NCBI RefSeq assembly: GCF_000181795.1
Contig: NW_003526943.1
Coordinates: forward strand, 2,551,666-2,615,665
Direction of reading: 5' to 3'
Length of the DNA: 64,000 nucleotides
DNA from: Trichinella spiralis
Lineage: Eukaryota
Shown here: positions 52,539 through 64,000 of the stretch, one piece after another
Position numbering within the stretch: position 1 is the stretch's first letter
Layout: each line of letters starts with the position of its first letter
Position numbers and translations under genes: made by a program
Notes under the pieces: generated by a model
The model's database searches: none
Seen by the model: the letters and a program-made list of their open reading frames with translations, nothing else
What the model was told of the DNA's origin: nothing

Positions 52539-53884
52539 GTAAATAAAACGATGCGTTTGTTCCCTGTGAACTGACAATGTTTCTGAATCCATTCATATCC
52601 AGTGGAATCCAAGAAAAATTTGTGAGCATAAATCTAAAATGAAACGTGATTGTCAAGATCAACGTGGAAACTGTTGAAAATCACATCACATCCATTATTT
52701 TGCTTTTTTCGGCTCAATTTTACAATTTACCAATTTGTTCTACTTCGCATAGTTCATCGTTGCTGATCATGAATCAATAGCGTTGGACGGTGGAACAGCT
52801 GTATATTAGAAAGACTGCAGAAAAAGTGCATCATGTTTTGTTAAAAGTAAAATTTTAAGTTAAAAGTGTTTTAGTGCTATTTTGCTAAGCTGATCAACGC
52901 AAGATGAAAAGCATATCAGTAAGCAAATAAGTAACTGTTTGGAAAAACCGCATAACCGCATTTTGCATACATGTACTAAGAAGCTTTTGTATGCATATGA
53001 TAATTTTTTTGTTAGCTAGTCGAAATTTACTGAATTCAATTTATCGATCGTATTTATTGAGACAGCCCTTCATCTGATGATGAAATACGAAATCATTGGA
53101 CATTGCAGCACTTTTACGCAGATCAGGCATGAGCGTACAATAATGTCAGCAAAATTATGAAAAAGAAATCAATTTTTAATTGAAATTTTATAACTCGGGG
53201 CAAATGTTTGCTTGCGAATACAAGATGAAATCCTCTAAAGACTTCTAACCGGGATTTTTCAAATGCAAGCTGGCATGTCCATTTTGTTGTTTCAATACTG
53301 GAGTAGTTCGTAAAACTCGACATGGCTTTTACCCTCTTTACTGTCAATTGACTGCGCCAACCTTCCAATTGATTATTATTTCTAATATTTACATTATATA
53401 CATTACAAAATGGTAATGTTTTACTGGTCATCTATTCCTGCCAAAATATATGAAATATACATTATAGTTTATCGATGGCGCCTGCTTTAATATTACTAAC
53501 TAATAGTTGACAAACTCTTTTCATCATATGATTTTGCTTATATTTTTGACCTCATACCTTCACATCTTGTGTTGAGAGCAACTTCTGCTTGAGATGGATC
53601 CGCCACGGTAAAATGATTTCTAAATTCCCTCCTAAGTGGTGTTACTGCTGCAATGTAATTCAAAAATACATGATGTTGAGTTACAGTAGGACAGCAATTT
53701 CATTTGCATTGCAATTGAAATATTGAAATGATCATAATTTTATGTTTGAAAAAAATTTCTGCTCAGAATGTGAAGATAGACTCAAAACAATTTTGATTTT
53801 CAAAGTACTTCAAAAATCGAAAATTATCAGTGGTCCATTATTAATTTAATCATTAACAAAAGTTATTTTTATTAATATTTAGAG

Positions 53885-53918
53885 CAGTGGTTCGCGACCC
53901 ACATTTTGAGAACCATTG
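53885..53918. mobile_element. Internally deleted hAT (Charlie/Buster-type) element relic
   Basis: CAGTGGTTC...GAACCATTG terminal inverted repeats flanked by an 8-bp target-site duplication atttagag / gtttagag (7 of 8 identical). The 3' part CGCGACCCACA..TTGAGAACCA.TG resembles Charlie-type ends. Confidence 0.7.
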
Positions 53919-54848
53919 GTTTAGAGCTTCACTTTATTTCAAAAGTTCAAAATTTTCACTGATTTTGTCTTATCAGAATTGTAATGTATTCTATGCTATG
54001 TATTTGCCAATGACGTATTTTCTAATTCACATTTCCATGCTTAAGCACGACACAAGTAATTTTTACCCAATTTAAAAAAATGCAAAACAATGAATAGACA
54101 GACTATTCTATGGATTCATGGATTTGAAATTTTATGTATAATAAATTCTTTTTAAAATGCTTTTTAAAACTTGAAACTGTTTCATTTTATTCTTTCTTTA
54201 ACCAATTCCTAAATCATATGCATAATTTTGTATACTTTCAAAAGTCGTAGCCTACAAATTATTATTTCATTGTTTTTCTCTTCATGAAAGTAATCCTACA
54301 TAAGTACATAGATTTATAAAAGTTACGCTATCGTTGATGACTGCAATATAAATCGACATTCTCATTATCCACATTAAGATGTTCTAAAAACTGACATTAG
54401 CAATGATAGTAGAATTGGTTGACAATATTATTTATCAATTTTGCAACATCTCTTGCACTTTGACAGACAGCAGAAGCAGTTTCTGGAAATGTTGAAAGAA
54501 ACAAATACAGCAGCTTAGATATTTTAGGTATTTGAAAAATGTCTTCCATTGTGAGATCATTATGATGCAGCTCCACGGCAGTCAAGATGAGTTGGTAGAA
54601 AACATAAACTACTGCATTCAATAAAAATATTTCATATCTATTTTGTAAAAAAGCAGTTAAGCTTATTTTATACTTATAAATATTTCATTTATTTTATATT
54701 TTGATGACTTATTTAATTAATTACTTAACAATTCAGATCTATTGCTAGCGATAATCGATATCTTGTCATCGGATTGGAAAATCCATAAAGAGGTATTACG
54801 TAAAAACTATTCACCATTGGCCTAGCGTGAGCAAAAAAAGGTTGCTTT

Positions 54849-55978
54849 CTATTTGAGACGACGAGGATTTAATGGAGGTAAACTTCCATCTTGTTGAGAG
54901 AGGAAATAGTGACCGCATAGCCAAATGCTGCCAGTGACAACTGCTTTAACTGATCTGGATCTTGGATACCGTTCAGACAATTTCACTACGTGTTTCAATG
55001 CCCTAATGTCATCCTTTCCGAAATGGACAATCAACGTTTGATGGTGAACTTTTTGTATTTTAGAAATACTAGAAAGAAAATAAATAGAAGATTGCGTTAT
55101 TAAAAGTAGAATTTTCAGTTGAAATTATTCTGCTTGCTCACTTGTTAAATTGATCACAGAACAGGCCTTTTTTTTAATTAGGGAACACACAGCGATAATC
55201 AGACAAAATACTGCTTTGCAAAATCACACAATTACAGTTCACCCGTGGGTAAAAACTGTACAGAAGGTACTGTTCCAAGTGATTGTCCCCAGATGATGAT
55301 CCTCTGGTCATCTATTCCCAATTTATTACTCATAAAATTGTATACTAATTGGATAGATCGATAGTGGTGTTTTTCAGATAATTTTCCCGTGCTGAACCCA
55401 TATGATGGATAATCGTATGAAATCACGTCCAAGCTTAATATGTCAGCAATTTTGTACAGTGTTGATGAAAGTAATCCTACATAAGTACACAGATTTTCAA
55501 GGTCAACAACATTATCCTGAAAGAAATTTTTTAAATTAAATTCTTGCAAATTTTATTGTAAAAACAACAAAATATTTATGTGAGAATACAAGATGACCCT
55601 CTGTGAAGGCTGTTGGAGAGGATTTTTGACGTGCACACACGCTACGTCTGTTTCTTCTTTCAAAAAATAACAAACTGACTGTGACAGTATCTTATTTGGG
55701 TCAAAACCATCCAAAGTCCAAAACTTCATCAAAGCTGGACAAATGTTCATCCTGCACACTTATATTTCATTTTGACCTCTCATTTGTTCAAAATTGTACA
55801 GATTTGGCTTTGGTGGACTAAAAAACTTACTTTTTTTCATTATCGTTGTTATTATTCTGAACTTTAATCTTCAAAATAAAATTTCCCTTACTTGTAAGCA
55901 ATTTTCCTAATAGCAATATTCAGAAATGGTGGACAAATGCAGTGTAGCTGTGCCAAGAATTCTTCAAACCAGACCATG
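54849..55978 (-). pseudogene. ABHD17-like alpha/beta hydrolase (depalmitoylase family) pseudogene
   Basis: Family motifs CICPP..IRKIAY.PP, VILYSH.NVVDL, YDYPSYGFSTG, IIIWGQSLGTVPS, VILQS, ISKIQKV..TLIVH are present. It is disrupted by an in-frame TAA (~55760), an ATAAAT where a GT donor is expected after ILYSH, a frameshift after VQFL and a second in-frame TAA (~55175). Confidence 0.8.
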
Positions 55979-58489
55979 AAATTATTCCTTTTTCTTCTAT
56001 ATCTGTCTCTCTCACGCCAGCAGATTTTACACAGTTCTTTTAAATTCAATTTTTCTAATCATTCTGCAGGCATTTTGGCTAAAGTCCCGTGATCGTTGAA
56101 GCTCATTTTCAAGCGCAGTTGAAATGCTTCGCTTTACTGTAAAAATAACAGATGAAAATCAGTTGACATTATCCGTTCAGCAATCTGCTTATTAAACTAA
56201 GCGAAATTTTCAAACAAAGCGTTTTAAATCAAATGGAAAGAATACCGTATTTTAATATGCAAATTAAAACATTAAACTGAAACATTAGTTTTGTTATTTT
56301 AATAACAGTAGTCCTTTGAATAGATAATACATATTTCCTTTATCATAAACATTTCCTTTGTCATAAACAATTATGACATTTCAAATTGTAAAATGATCAT
56401 ATTTGTGTTTCTTACTGTTTTTTCATTGTATTTTCTTCAACTTAGAAAACTTGTGTTTAAGTTCTATGAAAATTTAAATTCAGCATTAATAAATTTTAAA
56501 TTAGCAAGTCAAGTATGACTATTAAACTGAATGGGTAATATGAGTTCCATAACATTTATTATATGTAAAGTCAAAAATAAAAGTTGAATTAAAGACGATG
56601 AATATTTGCACCAATTTGACTGTTCTTTTGATTTCTGACTATTTGCTTTTCCCAGCACTGTGATCTAAAATTGCTGCAAATTTCTTTCCATACCTTTTAT
56701 TGAAGAAAAAAGATCAAAACGGAAAATGCCTATTAGAACAACCGCTCATTACTGTATCAAAACTAGCCTGATTAATGTGCTTCGGCCTGATACTGCTTCG
56801 GCATAGCTTGAAGCATTTTCAAAGAATCACATATCATAATATAAGAGCCTTCATGTTAGACGCTAATCGTGTTGACAAATATCTATTTCTGTGTTATCAT
56901 GCTTTGTATCATGCAGCTGAGATGTAGCAGTAAAAACTCTTCAATTCTTTACCGCACAGCGCACACACAAACAAACCCAAAAATGTGGACAGCAGCAGAT
57001 TACAAATTAAAGCATATCAGTTTTCAAATGCAAAATACATTCCTTTATTGGTAAGCAGTATCGATAGAGCAGCATCTATTTAAATTCAGTAAAATTTAAT
57101 CAATTGAATTTATGATTTTTGAGGAATAATTTCCCGTAAATTATATTTGAAGTAGTTTTGTTCTTTCTTTTCATTTACGTTTAAAATCATTATGTGTTTT
57201 TTACATCATGACTACATAAATTAATGCGTATATTTTTAGCAATAAAATAACCGTAAAACATTTTCAAAATATTATTATGTAATTTTTGAAACACAAGTTT
57301 TCAAAACTCTTTGAACTTCTTCGGCAATTTACTAGTGTTAAAAAACAATGAAGATGGCAAAGATACCAACAGTAATAAAAATTATGTAAATTTGACTCAA
57401 GTATTACAAATACTATGAATCACATTTTAAAATAATGAGAAAGTAAAATTTTCTTTTCACATCTTGAAAAGATTGCTCACTCCAGATTCATACGCTTTTA
57501 CTATATTAAAAAAACAAATTTGAAAAACAAAGTTAAATAAACGGTTAAATTACACAAATTTTTAACAGTATTGTTGAAAATTAGTTGCTATTTTTGGAAT
57601 GATAATTGGCATGTTTATGTGAAATTACTTTTCTGCAACATTAGTAACGCTGTGAAGTGCAGAATGCTGGATGTAAAATTTTAATAAATTGAAAAGAAAG
57701 ATAAAAAGTAAATCGTAAATTTAAAAAGAAGACACTGATACTTGTGCTATGTATGTCAGTTAAGGGATAAGCTTGAAGTGTTAAAACTCTTTAGCACACA
57801 AAACGTGGTGAACGATGAACATGAAATAAACAAGCTGTTCAAAGAAAAAACGACAGTACATTTTTACAATCGCCATATTCTCGCTGCAAAAGAGTGATAA
57901 AATTTGATTGTCCCAGTTTTGTTAATTTTATAAAAATCAATTATCAAATTATAAAAATGAATTATTATTTTGACAAAAAATTATTGTTTTAAGTAAAGTA
58001 TTTCAAACAGTGGTATTCAGCATTCAATTAATGCTTGATTATTAATGTTGGTCTGTATATGATGATTTCACATTCTGTAAAAATATCGAATATAAATAAA
58101 TAAATTAATTTGTTTATTTATTGTTATTTATTATTTTTTTCATTGTAATGTTATTATTTTCATTACTATAACTTCCTTTATTTTACTTACTGTAATTTAC
58201 AAATGTTACTTTAGAAATTTATTTTCATTATTGAAGCGGTATTTATTAATGTTAGTTGAACAAAATGTCTGTTTGAATTGGATTTATCTACACTTTTACA
58301 GTAAACATGCGTGTTAATGAAATGCGCATTTATTAATTTTATATTAATTTACGTGAAATAGCAATTTATCACTACGATATGGTATTTCCTTTTTATTGTT
58401 TTTGATATTTTGTATTTTTTCGTATTTTGATGATAAGATGTTGGTTTTAACACATGATTGTATGTATGTTATCTGTTTCAGATTGTGCG

Positions 58490-60542
58490 ATGTCTGTAGA
58501 ACATTCGAAACAAGAGAAGCGCGCTAAGTTAACTACACCTCCAGTAAATCAAATGATCAGTTTGTTTTGCGATAATCTTGCATGCTTGTGCAAAGGCGCA
58601 GTGTTTGCATTTATTGATTTGTTTTCAGTTTTATTGTTCATAAATTAAATTTTGTTTATTTTTATGTTCATTTTCGACAGTTGCATATTTGTTGTGCTAT
58701 TTGTATTGTGATTATTTTCACGTGTTCCTGTGAAAATTTTCCTATTCCTCCTACCTAGTGCTTATTTAATTTTTACAGATAATTTTTTGTATTAATATTT
58801 GTATAGTGTCTTTACAATTTAGATTTGTATTTATATTCATATCAGTTTAATCTATTTTATTATTAATGTTTCATCATATTTGAACTCTTTTTTAGAAAAC
58901 GAATTATTGTTGGCATTGCCATAAAGTTGAAGCTGGCGACGGAATGCGTTGTAAATTCTGTCCCCGTTACTATCACAGTGAATGTTTGGCAGAGCAAGGG
59001 GATGATGGAAAATACATAAGAAGTTATTGGATGTGTCCCGTTTGTCATGTAAGCATATTTATTTTGCTTGAAAACTGAGCAAATTTGGTTTCGATTTGTT
59101 TGTTGAACATACGATAATTGCTGTTGTGAAATGGCGTGGGTAAAGTATGTGAAGGCAAAAAAAAGATTTTTCTTAATCTAAAAGAAAGACTCAAGCATTG
59201 AGTTTATATTTTATTTAATGTATCATTTTGAGATGCAGTAACTTTTGTTTTCAAAATTGAAATTTAGATTGAAGTGATTGATGAAGATGTCAAAAGCCAC
59301 GGCGCAATAGAGAATTACAACGTAGATCGTCGCATTGCTATTTTGAAGAACTTGTGCGACTTTGTTGCCCATGAAACGGTAAATTTTTTATTTTCATCGA
59401 ATGCTTGTCTTGGTTTTGTTCTCATTTCAAATAAAGCGCACTACAAGATTCATTTATTTGAATATTTGAATAAATGCTATTTATTTTTTCATTTCATTTC
59501 ATTTGCTTCATCATATTTTGTCCAGTATAAACGAATAAGCGAAGGGCGACCAGAGGAAGGTGATCCTTTTCATTCGGTTGTTGCGGTGCACTCATTTTGT
59601 GCCGATTCACTTAAAGAGGTGAGTGAGATTTCATTGTATTTCAATTTTTATTTGTTAAATAAATAAACATTGTATTATTTTTTCAGGCAATATCTGCCGG
59701 TGATATAAGAACTTACAAAAAGTTGCAGAACGAATTTTTGTGGTTGTTGCATAATTCCATCTCAATTTCTGGTGTAGAGGGGAATAAATTTTTGCCCAAA
59801 CTTGAAGAGATTGTGAAAAAATGTGACAATGAGGTGAACAGTTGTTGATAATTTTTGTGTAAATTATATTAAATGGAGAATATGTCTTTTGTTTATCAGA
59901 TCATCGAAGCAATGTCCTGTGAAAACTGTTACTACAACAACAAGTGTTTGTCACGTCCAGACTGCATTTCAGTTTGTGTATGATGTTCGTTTATTTTGCA
60001 TTCATCGTTCGTTAAAAATTGATTGTATGCATGGTTGTTGCTTTTAGGAATTTCCGCATACTCTTGTTTGGGCATTGGTCGAGGGATACTGCTTTTGGCC
60101 TGCGAAAGCGTTGAAATTGCAAAACAATGCAACCGAAGTGATGCTGCTCTTTTTCGGCAGTCACGAATATGCCAGTGTTCCGATGGAGAATTGCTATTTG
60201 CTCAGCTTGGAACCGCCGTGGCGAATTGAAGATCGCAGAAATCAGAAAGCTTTGAAAGTAGCTTTGGACGAGATGCAGCGCCACGTTGAAGAATTGCACA
60301 AGAACAAGCTGGATTTCCGGTATGCTTCGAAAGGTGTCCATTTCAAGTCGTTCAATTTGTACAGTTGGCTTGAGCCAGAGGTTCTGTTGCCGGTGCTTTT
60401 CGAACGACTGGATACTTTTGAAGAGTACGACAAGTATCCGGACATTGCTGAACTGAGAGATGCGATGTTGTCGGTTGCTGAAGAATTGGAAAAGGCAAAA
60501 GTCGACGAAGACCAGCCCGGGTGCTCCGGAACTTCAAATTGA
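58490..60542 (+). CDS. PHD-bromodomain-PWWP chromatin reader (ZMYND8/ZMYND11-like N-terminal cassette) without MYND
   Basis: PHD NYCWHCH..CKFCPRYYHSEC..WMCPVC, a degenerate bromodomain ending FLWLLHNS, zinc linker CENCY...C..PH and PWWP LVWALVEGYCFWPAK..FFGSHEYASVP..CYLLS, followed by ALDEMQRHVEEL. The stop at 60542 lies inside an uninterrupted last exon. Confidence 0.85.
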
Positions 60543-61132
60543 GCATCATTTTTGGCAGTAATTATTTTCAAAAATAAAAGTGCATTATTTATATAAAAAA
60601 TCAGTTCCATTTCAATTATTATTAGGAATTGTGAAATTATCTCATTTCAGAAAACAAAAATTTATTCCGTTTGTTTTCTATTTGAATAAAATGACAATAA
60701 CCTTTGTTGGAAATGGAAAAAAAGTCACATATCGTGACGTATTTCCGTCCATTTATTTGAAAGGGTGAAAAAAGCATGCATATTTCATGGCAAATGTTTG
60801 CTATTTTTTAGCTCTTTGCAAATATTGCATACGAACAATTCACGCAATTTGTATTCGGCGTTCGTAAAGTGCATAATACTTGCTTTAATTAGATACTGCC
60901 CACTTTTGCAGCATTGGTGAACAGTTTCAGCAAGAAGAATAGTAATGAAATTCGGTGATTCATCAAGCAAATGTCGTTCACGGCCGTTGTGTGATTGGTC
61001 AATTTTCCGCGTTGCCATTCAGCTGCACATTTAAAGCTTGCTCGTATTTTCAGCTATTCAAAACGGTGGTTCTAATCGCTTCGTGGTATCGTACATTTTC
61101 TGTCGTCTTTTTGATTCAGCTTTTCAAGCAGC

Positions 61133-62291
61133 ATGAATTCAAAAAAATATTTTTTTCTTTTTTCACAACTGCTAGTTTTTCTGGCCACGTCGACAATTTT
61201 CGCTTCAGCCGATGAAACCGACGCTGAAGAACAATTTGAAAAACTACAGTTTAGTTTCGATAATCTGGGCAATTTATCAGAAACCCACAAGACGATCTAC
61301 AACAAAGATCATTTGCTTTTGTTTGAAGAGCATATTGACTACAGTTCTGAGTTCGATCACTATCGCAGTTCCATACTGTCAGGCACTTATGTGATCGACG
61401 TCGATTTGAATACACTGACCGCCAGAAAGATACAATACTCTATTCCGTCACAAAATATTTTAACGGAGGAAAAGATATTTGTTTACAAAAATGACGTATT
61501 CATGGTCGTATATAAAATAATTTGGCTTTTCCAATATCTCTTTCTGTACAAATGGTTAAATGAAAGTTGGGTGACAATGAACTTCCAAGTAAGAAATCGA
61601 TTTGAATCCTGGATTTATTTATGTTATTTATATTTTTATGCTTTTTTTTATATTAAAGACTGATAATACTGAATTCATGATTTACCACTACCGTATTGAA
61701 GTTCACATTACTCAGTCTGATTCAGATACTGTAATTTTTACAACTTCACTTCTTGGAGGAAATACAGTTATTTTTTCAAAGTTTACTGAAAAAGATGAAG
61801 ACTTCAGTTACATGGTCACTCATTTATATGCAATTCATGAACTACCCCTCCCATCTTCGCACGTGCTCTTCACTGGTTTGAAAGGTGAAAATTTGTCCTC
61901 AATAATGGAAATGGACCACGGAACCTACCATTGGGTGCCTGATAAGATTATCGAAGTGAATCCAAATAATGAGAGTTTTGTTCAAATCGACATCCAAGGA
62001 AAAGTTCCGAATTGGGACTTCAGCGGACCAAAGCATGTATTTCAGAGCAAGGATAAATTGTTGCTCGCGGATGGCAGTGAATTAATCAACATTGTTCAAT
62101 ATAATCAAACCAGAGATATTTGGATTTTAAATCTCTCCCATTACTCATATACGCAACTTCCTCTTCAATTGCCAGAAGAGGCCATGTCTTATAAAATGTG
62201 TGCTGCGTTTGATGTTGAAAAAAGTATATATTATGTTATCGATGTCGATTCAGGTATTTATAGAGTTAATTTGACACGTTGGCTGGCATAA
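61133..62291 (+). CDS. Secreted hypothetical protein, 2 exons, ~362 aa, beta-strand rich
   Basis: Signal-peptide-like MNSKKYFFLFSQLLVFLATSTIFASA. A phase-0 intron 61589-61658 (gtaaga..taaag) joins the two ORF-track frames. AATAAA follows at ~62395. Confidence 0.75.
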
Positions 62292-62899
62292 GTGGCGCAT
62301 GCATAGTATTTGCATCATCTTATTACAGTTATAATAATAATTACTATTTCAGTATTAAGTGATTCATTATTTTTCAATTTGTTTGTATGAATGTAATAAA
62401 ATTACCATAATCAATTTTCAGTATTGCTCATGTCGTACGTTAAACTCAACAGATTTTGAAAACTATTTTTTTCAACAATATAATGCTGATTGATTAACGT
62501 GCAAAATACGCTTTTCTCTGAACAAAGCAAAAAAACCATTGAATAGAATTTAAACATGAAAAGCTCTTGCTTACTTGCAATGCAACAAATTCACACAACA
62601 AACACATCTGTTGACGCAAATTCAACTTGCAAATGCTTTGCAGCTGCACCTTTCGTTCAAATACACACTTCTGGGAAATGAAAGTTTGCATTCTATGCGA
62701 ATTTATTTGAATTGCAAAAGCGAAATGTATCTCATTGTTTCGATTTCGTTTTTTGTTAAAATTTAGTAGAATGGTGACTTTTTTAAGTGAAAACATTCAT
62801 AAGCAGAAATGATTCACTGCTTTTCAGTGAAAAAACAAAATCAATCGAACAAATTTATTGCCAGTTGTACGATGCATGTATTGATAAAAATAATAATAT

Positions 62900-63136
62900 C
62901 AGAAAGCTGACCATTAAAAAGGAAGCAAAATTTGACAAATAGCACGCATTACAATGATAACCAGCAAAAATTTAGGTTCGCGACAACGAATAAAATTCGT
63001 TGCAACTACAACCAATGAAATTTAGCCAACTTGAAAACCAATGAAACTTAAAACGAAACAGAGTTCGACGTAAAATTTGCAACCAATGAAATTTCGATGC
63101 GTCATGCTTTTTAATGTCAAAATCGAATCTACACCA
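62900..63136 (+). repeat. Dispersed interspersed repeat, copy 2, followed by (TA)n
   Basis: Inverted homolog of 32645-32880. It carries three internal aaccaatgaaa sub-repeats and is followed directly by a TA microsatellite (~63136-63168). Confidence 0.85.
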
Positions 63137-63138
63137 TA

Positions 63139-63169
<31 letters not shown>

Positions 63170-64000
63170 TATTGATTATTATTGAAACGCGAAGAAGTGA
63201 TTTTTATTTTTCACTAGTTAACCGCAGCAACAACAACAGTAAAGAACAGCCAACAACAACAATATAAAACAAGAGTGAACGGCATTAACAAAGTGGAAAT
63301 AACGAAAAAGGAAAAAACGAGATTGAATGTTAACTTCCGGGTGTAATGTTAGAATAGTGAATAATCTGTTTGAAAAATCTGGAATGCTGTAGCAACACTT
63401 CCAATTTCCGGCTTACAAATCGCACTAATGCTAACGATACGAGTTAGCTCGCAATTTCATTTAATTTTACGCATGATTAAACGCATATGCCTTTGTCAAA
63501 CATTGTTAGCTTTCTTCGTCACATAACATATATTGGTAAAGGCTATTTTAATACAAAGGAAAAATGCACAATTGACAAATTGTTCACAGTTGCAGCTTTC
63601 CAGCTAAACCAAGGAGTGACAACTACTAAATTGTTAGCATCTAATTAATTTCTTGATTTTACTGGGAGTGTTCTATTTAAATCTTTCTTGTTTGCAATCC
63701 AAGAATTTTACTTTAATATTTTCAAAGTTTCTTTCATTACGAAACAAACATCCATATATATTTTTTATACATGTTGAAGAGGTTTGCTGTTTGTATGAAA
63801 AATCCTGTTTGACGTTCATACATTTCATATAAAATACAGTCCAACTTGATTAAGTGCACATTGGATAATTGCACAAGATTTCTCACAAAATATTAGATAT
63901 GGTCGTGAATCTGAAATTTTTTGCTTGCCGAAATTCTGACCTGGAAACGGGCTGTATTTTTCATATATATCAATACCAGTATTACTAATACTAGAAGAAA

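Overview
AT-rich, intron-dense eukaryotic genomic DNA with short introns and TTTCAG-type acceptors. It looks like a nematode; gene content and style suggest a clade I worm such as Trichinella, but that is an inference. Recognisable genes, left to right: DDX41/abstrakt (-), dynactin p150Glued (-), a divergent COX5B-like gene (-), N-acetylglucosamine kinase (-), an orphan acidic single-exon ORF (+), SIN3 with a large D/E-rich exon (+), IFT57/che-13 (-), ALYREF/THOC4 (-), RPL18 (+), trifunctional C1-THF synthase MTHFD1 (+), an intronless class II POU gene (+), a long coiled-coil gene with an S/T-P-rich basic tail (+), a small secreted very cationic protein (+), an ABHD17-like pseudogene (-), a PHD-bromo-PWWP reader lacking MYND (+) and a secreted beta-rich orphan (+). 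Non-coding features: a ~240 bp dispersed repeat present twice in opposite orientation, a 34 bp hAT/Charlie relic with target-site duplication, an X-box-like site upstream of IFT57, and several hairpin/ncRNA candidates. The most interesting leads are an in-frame upstream exon that could give MTHFD1 a mitochondrial presequence, a candidate synaptonemal-complex transverse-filament-like protein, the MYND-less reader, the acidic SIN3 insertion, the truncated eL18 tail and the secreted cationic protein. All exon structures were read by eye; no database searches or folding programs were run.
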